A stretch of 64,000 nt of DNA from an uncultured Clostridia bacterium (GTDB lineage: Bacteria > Bacillota > Clostridia > TANB77 > CAG-465), in contig CALXBV010000029.1 in assembly GCA_944386635.1 (NCBI GenBank), positions 8,896 to 72,895 of the forward strand, given 5' to 3'. Under the pieces are notes generated by a model. It was not told where the DNA came from. It saw only the letters and a program-made list of their open reading frames with translations, and did not search any database. Below are positions 39,253-48,000 of the stretch, one piece after another. Within the stretch, counting starts at the first letter, position 1, and every line of letters begins with the position of its first letter. A program made the translations under genes and the position numbers.

Positions 39253-40170
39253 ATGAAAGATTATTTTGGATATACAGATAAAGTGTGTGTGGTAACAGGA
39301 GCTTCTAGTGGTATGGGAGAAGCCACTGCTAAAACACTTGTAGATATGGGTGCAAAGGTATATGCACTGGATTTAAATCCTTGTCCAGTAGAAGGGATCA
39401 CAAGATTTATTAAGTGTAATCTTGCTAAAAAAGAAGAAATAGATGAAGCTTTTAAAAATATTCCTGAGCATATTGATTCTTTTTTTGGTATAGCTGGACT
39501 TTCTGGCTCTAAAACAGATTATAGAACAACATTTGATTGTAACTATACAGCAAATATGTATATTACTTTAAACTATTTAAAACAAAGAATGACAAAAGGA
39601 TGTTCAATTGTATATTGTACATCAACAGCTGGACTTGAATGGAAAAAATTTAAGAAAGAACAAAATAAAGTTGTTCATGCCAAAACATGGGATGATGTAG
39701 AAAAATTAACTAAAAAGTTGGCTATGTCAGCACCTGCAACTTTTGCATATATGTACTCAAAAAGATGTCTTTCTCAATTTGCATGTGAGCAAGCTGTAGA
39801 ATTTGCTAAACTTGGAATTAGAATAAATAATGTATTACCAGCATCTACTGATACAGGCATGAAACAAGAATTTCAAGACATGATTGGAAGTGAGGAAGCT
39901 TTAATTGCTCAAACTGGACTTGCTGGAAGGTTAGCTACTCCTGAAGAAATGGCATATCCTATGATATTTTTAAACTCAGATATGGCATCATTTGTTTCAG
40001 GTCTTGATATGGTAGTTGACTATACTGACACTTGTTTAAAAACATTAGGATTAAAGAAAAATCTTGAAGCGGTATCAGCAACTAATCCGATTATTTGTGC
40101 TTTAGCAAAGAAAATGATGAGTAAATATTCTACTAAGGCTTTAAATCCTGCATCTGATAGTAAAAAATAA
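39253..40170 (+). CDS. SDR family oxidoreductase
   Basis: VVTGASSGMGEA Rossmann motif, YxxxK (YMYSKRC). Confidence 0.7.
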   Translation: MKDYFGYTDKVCVVTGASSGMGEATAKTLVDMGAKVYALDLNPCPVEGITRFIKCNLAKKEEIDEAFKNIPEHIDSFFGIAGLSGSKTDYRTTFDCNYTANMYITLNYLKQRMTKGCSIVYCTSTAGLEWKKFKKEQNKVVHAKTWDDVEKLTKKLAMSAPATFAYMYSKRCLSQFACEQAVEFAKLGIRINNVLPASTDTGMKQEFQDMIGSEEALIAQTGLAGRLATPEEMAYPMIFLNSDMASFVSGLDMVVDYTDTCLKTLGLKKNLEAVSATNPIICALAKKMMSKYSTKALNPASDSKK

Positions 40171-40266
40171 TTGTTTTAACAGTTAAAAATTTAAATTAAA
40201 TTTCATATTAATAAGTAGCATATAGTTAATTTAAAGTAATTATATGCTATTATAGTATTTAAAAGG

Positions 40267-41940
40267 ATGGTTTATTATATGATAAGAATAAAAGAAATAG
40301 TTAGAAATGTAGAAGATGTATTTAAAAATTTATTTAGTAAATTTACTATTACTACTATTGTTATATTTTTGGCAACAATAGTATATGCAATTTTAGTGGA
40401 TAGTGTAGTATTTGATGACATAGTTCCTAAATATATACAATTTTCAGTAATATTTGGAGTTGGTTCATTTTTTCTAGAATCTATTACAAAAAGTCTTAAT
40501 AAAAAAAGAATTATAGGTGAATTTGTTTTATTTATTTTCTCTATTATTCTTACATATCTATTAAACATTACTAATGATTTATTTAGTATAGATAAGGATA
40601 TGTTTGTAAATTACGTATTAAGATTTACAGTAGCATATTGTATTTGTTTGGCAACTTTTGCTATATATGCTAACTTTAAGAAAAGCAATATATCGTTTGA
40701 AGAATATGTTACAAAAGTATGCTTAAATGTGATAAAGTCTAGTATTATTTTTATTGTATTAAGTATAGGTCTTGCAATTATAGTATTAGTTTTTTCATAT
40801 CTTATATTAAATACAGATGAGTATTTATTAAATTTAAGAATAGAAGTATTGCTATTGGGGTTATATTATATTCCTAAATTAGTATATTCTTTCTATAATG
40901 TAAAAGGTGAAATAAATAATTTCTTTAAATTTGTAGTGAAAACAATTTTACCTAGTCTTTTAATTATTGCATTTATTGTGATATATTTATATATTGCAAA
41001 AATTATACTTACTTTAGATGTCCCATCAAATCAGATATTTAGAATTATTGCAGGCCTATTTATATTTGGACTTCCTATTTGGACTATGGCTACTTATTTT
41101 AAAGAAGATAATAAATTATATAAAATATGTAAGAATTTACCATATTTATTTATACCATTTATATTTTTGCAGGTTTATTCAATAGCTGTAAGAATAGTAA
41201 ATAATGGATTTACTGAAGCAAGATACTTATGTGTAATGCTAATAATATTTGAGATAATATACATAGCTTTATATTTTAAAAATAAAGAAAAAATAGCAAA
41301 TATTTTAATAGTATTTGTAGGTATTAGTACAATCTCTTTAATTGTTCCATTTATTAATATGTATAAGATTTCTTTTTATAGTCAGTTTAATAATTTAAAA
41401 ATATATAAAGAAAAAGAAGATCTAACAGAGAGTGATAAGCAAAAAATTCAAGGTGCATATTATTATTTAATATATGATGCTAATAGTGAAGAGATAGTAA
41501 ATAATTATTTAAATTCAGATGAAATTTACAATATAATTAATTTTGAATATGATAAATATAATGAGTATGATAAAGAAGATAATATTAAGCATATGTCTGT
41601 AAAGGTAAATGATGAGATGTTAAATATTCAAGGATATAATAAAATATATAATAATATTAATAGTGATGATTTCTTCTCTGGTGCTAAAGATATAGATGCT
41701 GTTTTTAAAAATTTAAAGTTTACAACAAAATCAGGAGAATATGAATTTAGCATTGATCTTAGAAATATGGTAAAGACATATATAGAGCATGAAGATGATA
41801 TAAATGAATATTTTAAAAATAATAATAGGGTTATAATAGATGAAAATAGATGTCTTGTTATTACATATTTTAGTATTAATTATACAAACAAAAATTTAAT
41901 TACATATTTTTCTATAGACGGCTATTTATTAGAAAAATAA
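40267..41940 (+). CDS. Large polytopic membrane protein with C-terminal soluble domain
   Basis: At least 10 hydrophobic segments, then a hydrophilic about 180-aa tail; no catalytic motif recognised. Confidence 0.45.
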   Translation: MVYYMIRIKEIVRNVEDVFKNLFSKFTITTIVIFLATIVYAILVDSVVFDDIVPKYIQFSVIFGVGSFFLESITKSLNKKRIIGEFVLFIFSIILTYLLNITNDLFSIDKDMFVNYVLRFTVAYCICLATFAIYANFKKSNISFEEYVTKVCLNVIKSSIIFIVLSIGLAIIVLVFSYLILNTDEYLLNLRIEVLLLGLYYIPKLVYSFYNVKGEINNFFKFVVKTILPSLLIIAFIVIYLYIAKIILTLDVPSNQIFRIIAGLFIFGLPIWTMATYFKEDNKLYKICKNLPYLFIPFIFLQVYSIAVRIVNNGFTEARYLCVMLIIFEIIYIALYFKNKEKIANILIVFVGISTISLIVPFINMYKISFYSQFNNLKIYKEKEDLTESDKQKIQGAYYYLIYDANSEEIVNNYLNSDEIYNIINFEYDKYNEYDKEDNIKHMSVKVNDEMLNIQGYNKIYNNINSDDFFSGAKDIDAVFKNLKFTTKSGEYEFSIDLRNMVKTYIEHEDDINEYFKNNNRVIIDENRCLVITYFSINYTNKNLITYFSIDGYLLEK

Positions 41941-41950
41941 AAATGATTAA

Positions 41951-41996
41951 TAGATTAAGATATATAGATTTTTATATATCTTAATCTATTTTTTAT
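41951..41996 (+). terminator. Intrinsic terminator
   Basis: Stem AGATTAAGATATATA / TATATATCTTAATCT followed by ATTTTTTATT. Confidence 0.7.
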
Positions 41997-42418
41997 TATT
42001 GATTCAATATTTATATTATACTATTCTAAAAAAAGATGTTTTAAAAAGATAGCATAGAAGAAATACTAGAAAGATTAGTAAAAGTTAATACTATAAAATA
42101 TAAAGAAAATAAAAAATTAAAATATTGTATAAAGAGTAGTTATTACTTATGATGAAGAAAATGGTTTTTAAGGGTTTAAAAGATTTAACTGTGCATGAAA
42201 TTAATGAATATATAATTGTAAATATAAAAAATGTAAAGAAAAATGTACATCTTTAGTCGAAAAAATATGCATATAGTCAAGAATATTTCAAAAAAATATC
42301 TTTTTTGTTACAATTTTTATTGAATACTGAAAAATACGTAATAAAATTGATGAATTTGTCTGTTTTTGGTATAATAAATTTGATATTATTATTTGGAATA
42401 AGGGGTAGTGGATGATAT

Positions 42419-45049
42419 ATGAACAAAAACAGAATGAAGAAGATTTGTATAGTATCTGTCTTTATGGCTATATTGATGTATATAGCTGTTTTTAGAACTA
42501 ATGTTTTTGAAAATTTTTATAATATAGATGAACAAATAGGAAATTCTACTATTTATGATGAAAATCAAGTTGCATATGTAATTACTTTAAAATATATGTA
42601 TCAAAATGGCTCTTCAGCAGATAGTAAAGATGTTTATGTTTTTGATGAAGGTGAAAGCTTTAATATTGATATACCTCAAATAGATGGATACACTTCTAAT
42701 ATAAATTCTATAAGTGATGTAATAGATGATAACTTTTTAGATAGAATACAGCAATTAGATTATGTTGAAGTAAGTAAACAAGAGGGAACAAACGTATATA
42801 GGATATATTACACTATAACATATATTCCTGCACCATCTGAATATAAGGTGGTACATTATTTACAAAACTTAGATGGAACATATGATATTTCTTATCAAGA
42901 GACATTTAGTGATAATGTATTTATAGGAGACAATGTAACAACAGAAATTTTAGATTATGAAGGTTATACTTTTAATAGAGATAAGTCTATAATAGAATCA
43001 TCTGTTAATAGCGATGGAACAACTGAATTGTCATTATATTATGATAGAAATAATAATCATATTTATTTGGATTCGAACGGTGGAACATATTTTGAACCTA
43101 TATATGTAATGTATGGTCAAAATATTAGTTTGGATTCATATACACCTCAAAGAAGTGGATATGTCTTTTTAGGATGGGAATGCATTGATAGAGAAAGTGG
43201 AACAGTTATTTCTACTCCAACAAACATGCCAAATAATGATTTATATTTTAGAGCAAAATGGAATATAGCAAGTACAAGTTTTACTATTACGTATATGGTA
43301 GAAAATGCAGATAATGAAGCATATTCTAATGCTGGAATGTATACAGTAAGAAATATAGAAACAGAAACTCGAGTATCAGATATTAGAAATTTAGATACTT
43401 TAATTGAGCAAGGGTTTGAAAATATAAAGGGTAATGATAAAGATTATTTTGAATATAATGATACTTTAAGTTCACCAAATTTTGATGTTGAGGTATCAGG
43501 AGATTCTACAACTAATATAAATGTATATTATGATAGAAAAGAATATACTCTAAGATTTATGGCTGGTAGAGAACAGGTATCAACATCATTGTGGGGAGGT
43601 ACTACTTATACATATCAAGTAGCAACAGCGACTGGTGGAAGTGAGAGTGCATGTAGTTGGACAACTGTTAGTTCTGCTGCAACAATCACTAAAAATGGCG
43701 TAACGTATGAAAATGATGAATATACTATTACTGCAAAATATGAGCAGGATATATCAGATTTATGGCCTACAGTTTCTGATGTAGCAAATAAATCAAATGG
43801 AAATACAACATATTATTTTGTGAGTTGGGGAACAAGTGATGATTCAATTTATTGGGATACTCATACAAATCGTAATGTTTTAGGTCTTTACCCAATAATG
43901 TCACAGGAATTAATTATAGATGCAAATGATACAAGTGAAGAACATGTTCTTTATGGATATTGGAGTACAGGGCCAAGATATTTTAGATATCATTATATGT
44001 ATGAAGCCTTGGATCAACAAACTGATACAGGAATATCTTATACAGGTACTAGTGGAGTAAATAAGTATTATGAGGAAGATTCAACTACAATAATTAGATC
44101 AACAAATAATTCTGATGGACAAAATGGTCCAAACTTTTATGGATACGAATTAGTTGGAAAAACTTATACTTCAAATAATGGTGGTACAGAAAGTAATCCT
44201 ACAGATATATATTTTTATTATGATAGAAATGAATATGATATAACACTATTTAATGTTAATGGAGAATATGTTCTATCAGATATAAGTGAAGACTTAAATA
44301 GAGAAGGTATATATTTAGAAAATGGAAGACTATATGCAAAACATGGTGCAAATATTGCTTCTTTAGAAAATTTATATCAAGAATGGGAAAATGATTTATT
44401 TAACCCATTCGAATATCCTTTAGTTACATCTGAAACTAAAGACAGAGTGTTTGATGGATGGTATCTAGATATTTCTAATACAATACCAATGGATTGGAGT
44501 GATCAATCAAATACTGTATTAACATCAAATTTAACATTATATGCTAATTGGGAAATACCTTCATTTAATGTATCTTTTGATGTTAATGATGGTGTATGGA
44601 ACGAAACAGATAATTCTTATGTATATGAAGATGGAACATATAATTTAACTGTTTTATCTGGTGCAACGCTTACAGTTCCAAAAGCACCTACAAAAGAAGG
44701 ATATGATTTTATTGGATGGTATTATACAGACGATAACGGAGACTATATAGAGTATTTATTTAGCTCTTCTCAAATGGTATATGATGATATAGTGTTAGAG
44801 GCTAATTGGGATGCAAGAGAAGAAGGAAGTTATACTGTAAAATATGTACTTGCTGAATTTGATAGTAATGGAGATTTAATAACAGATTTGAATAGGTATC
44901 AAAACATTGAATATTTATTGCCAGATAAAGTTGTAAATAATATAAAATATGGAACTACTATTACAGAAACTGCAGAATATATTGAAAGAGACGGCGTAAA
45001 TATGCTTATAGTAGATGGATATGCTAAGCAAATTACTTTAACTATCTAG
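42419..45049 (+). CDS. Giant cell-wall adhesin, N-terminal 876-aa segment (signal peptide + Listeria-Bacteroides repeat domains); apparently the same gene as 45028-50508, split by a 1-nt frameshift
   Basis: Signal peptide MNKNRMKKICIVSVFMAILMYIAVF; at least three Flg_new-type repeats (GYVFLGWE...LYFRAKW, VFDGWY...LTLYANW, GYDFIGWYY...LEANW). Confidence 0.7.
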   Translation: MNKNRMKKICIVSVFMAILMYIAVFRTNVFENFYNIDEQIGNSTIYDENQVAYVITLKYMYQNGSSADSKDVYVFDEGESFNIDIPQIDGYTSNINSISDVIDDNFLDRIQQLDYVEVSKQEGTNVYRIYYTITYIPAPSEYKVVHYLQNLDGTYDISYQETFSDNVFIGDNVTTEILDYEGYTFNRDKSIIESSVNSDGTTELSLYYDRNNNHIYLDSNGGTYFEPIYVMYGQNISLDSYTPQRSGYVFLGWECIDRESGTVISTPTNMPNNDLYFRAKWNIASTSFTITYMVENADNEAYSNAGMYTVRNIETETRVSDIRNLDTLIEQGFENIKGNDKDYFEYNDTLSSPNFDVEVSGDSTTNINVYYDRKEYTLRFMAGREQVSTSLWGGTTYTYQVATATGGSESACSWTTVSSAATITKNGVTYENDEYTITAKYEQDISDLWPTVSDVANKSNGNTTYYFVSWGTSDDSIYWDTHTNRNVLGLYPIMSQELIIDANDTSEEHVLYGYWSTGPRYFRYHYMYEALDQQTDTGISYTGTSGVNKYYEEDSTTIIRSTNNSDGQNGPNFYGYELVGKTYTSNNGGTESNPTDIYFYYDRNEYDITLFNVNGEYVLSDISEDLNREGIYLENGRLYAKHGANIASLENLYQEWENDLFNPFEYPLVTSETKDRVFDGWYLDISNTIPMDWSDQSNTVLTSNLTLYANWEIPSFNVSFDVNDGVWNETDNSYVYEDGTYNLTVLSGATLTVPKAPTKEGYDFIGWYYTDDNGDYIEYLFSSSQMVYDDIVLEANWDAREEGSYTVKYVLAEFDSNGDLITDLNRYQNIEYLLPDKVVNNIKYGTTITETAEYIERDGVNMLIVDGYAKQITLTI

Positions 45050-48000
45050 AAGATCCAGAAGACAATGTTATTTGTTTCTTTTACTCACCACAAAGCAGAG
45101 TTTCTTATACAGTATATTATTTATTGGATACAGGAGTAAGATATAATAATGGAGATATACCTCCATCAAGTGAGTTTTTAGCTCCTTCAATAGTTAAAAA
45201 TGTTGCTTCATTGGATGATCTTGCGGTATTAGAAAACAGTATAGAAATAGATGGATATGAAGTAGATGCATTTGTTAAATCCACTGTTTTAGAGGCAAAC
45301 TCAGCAGTAGTATTACCTACTGATAATAGTGTATTCTTCTATTATTCACCAGTTCAAAGACAGGGAGAATATGAGATTAATTTCTACTTTATGAAAGATG
45401 ATGGAACTTATTCTGATACACCAGATTATACAAATTCTGGAACAGATTCTGTAGGTAAATATATTTATGCAACTGATTATTACAATTACTTACCTTCAAC
45501 TGATCCTTTATATATGGGACATGAATTTGATGCTGAAAAGACTGCAGCATTGATGGCTATAATAACATCTAATAATAAAGCGGTTTTAAATTTATATTTT
45601 AAAAATAGTATATATACTGTAAGTTATGATACACAAGGTGGAGATTGGACAGATACAAATACTACTTTTACACAAATCACACAGGAGATATATAGTACAG
45701 ATGTTACATACAATAGTCTTGCTCCAGAACCAACAGTACCTGTAAAAAATGAAAATAGATTTTTAGGTTGGTATGATAAAAAGACCAATACTCTTTATGA
45801 TTTTAATGCTAAGGTTACAGGAGATGTAGAATTATATGCAAAATGGATGGAGCAAAAAGATATAGTTGTAGAAAAAGTCTGGGAAGATAATGAAAATCAA
45901 GATGGAATAAGACCTGATAGTGTTGAAGTAAATTTAAAAAATAATGAAGATATAGTAAGGACATTTACTTTAAATAGTGATGACGGATGGATAGAATCAA
46001 TAGAAGATCTTGATGTATACGATAGTGATGGAAAAGAAATAAATTACACATTAGAAGAAGTAACAATAGAAGGATACACAGCAGAGTACGAATATAACAA
46101 CAATATGTATACAATCATAAATACACACGCGCCTGAAACTAAAGTTATTAATATATCTAAAGTATGGAATGATAATGAAAATCAAGATGGAATAAGACCT
46201 GATAGTATAGAGCTATCATTAAGGGTAAATGATGAGATATATGAAAATGTTACTTTAGATATAAATAATAATTGGAATCAAGATGTTGAAGTACCAGTAT
46301 ATAAAAATGGAAGTCTTGCAAACTATACTATAGATGAAACTTATATTCAAGGGTATACAATGAATTATCAATATAATGATAATAGCGTTGTAGTAACAAA
46401 TACACATATACCAGAAACTAAAACGATAGATATAGAAAAAATTTGGAAAGATAATAATAACCAAGATGGAAAAAGACCTGATAGTGTTAATATTAATATA
46501 AAAAACGGAGAAGAGATTGTAAGAAGTATTACATTAACAAATGAAAATTGGAAACAGCAAGTAACTAATTTACCAGTATATTCTCATGGTAATAAGATAG
46601 AATATACTGTTGAGGAAGTAAATGTAAATGGATATAGTGCAAGTTATACAAATGATGGAGATAATTTTGTAATAACAAATACACATATACCTGATACAAG
46701 AGATATTGTTATAAATAAAATATGGCAAGATAATGAAGATCAAGATGGCGTAAGACCAGATAGTATAAATGCAGTATTAAAAGCAGATGGAGTACTAGTT
46801 GAAAATATAGTATTAGATGAAAATAATGGATGGCAAGATGTTGTAGAAGACTTACCAGTATATAGAAATGGTGTTTTAATAGATTATACGATAGATGAAG
46901 AAAAAACACCTGAATATACTACAACTGTTGAAGAAACACAAGAAGGATTTAATATAATAAATACTCATAAAGTTAAAAAGACATCACTTAGTGTAGAAAA
47001 AGTCTGGGATGATAATAATAACCAAGATGGAAAAAGACCAAATAGTCTACAAGTATATCTACTTGCTGATGGTGAGATTGCTGATGAGGTAACTTTAAGT
47101 GATGAAAATGGATGGAGATATGATTGGACAAGTATAGATATGTATAATAGTGGTGAAGTTATAAATTATACTGTTCAAGAAGAGAATGTTTCAGATTATG
47201 AATCTTCTATGGAATATAATGATGAATTAAAGTTATGGACTTTGAAAAATATACATGAACCAGAAAAAAAGAATATAAGTGTTACTAAAGTATGGAACGA
47301 TAATGAGGATCAAGATGGAAAAAGACCAGATGAATTAACAATTACACTTACTCTTGATGGCCAAACAGTATCTCAGTTAGTTTTAAATGAGTCAAATGAA
47401 TGGACAGATACTTTTAAAAACTTAGATGTATATAAAGATGGTAATATTTTAAATTATCAAGTAACAGAAACTGAAGTCCCAGAATATACAACTGAAGTTC
47501 AAGTTACAGGAGATAATTATACATTTATAAATACTCATGAGCCAGAAAGAGCAGATAGAACTGTAAAGAAGGTATGGCGTGATGGAAGTAATAAAGAAAA
47601 TACAAGACCTGATAGTGTAAGTTTTAGATTACTTAAAAATGGTGAGTATTTTAGTGATGTTATTACTTTAACAGCAGATAATATGATAGATAATTTTGAT
47701 GAGTGGGAATATACATTTGGTGACCTATTTGTATATGAAAATGGTGAAAAGATAAATTATACCGTAGAAGAAATAAATGTTCCTGATGGATATGGTGTTA
47801 TATATAATCAAGAAAATCTAACTATGTATAATGCATATCCTCCAGAGTTAGAAGTTTCAGTAGAAAAAGTATGGAATGACGAAAATGATGCTGATGGTAT
47901 AAGACCTGAAAGTATACATGTTCAACTTTATGCAGATGGAGAGCCTTATGAGATTGACGGACAAAATATTGGACTTGTTGAATTAAATGAGTCAAATGGA

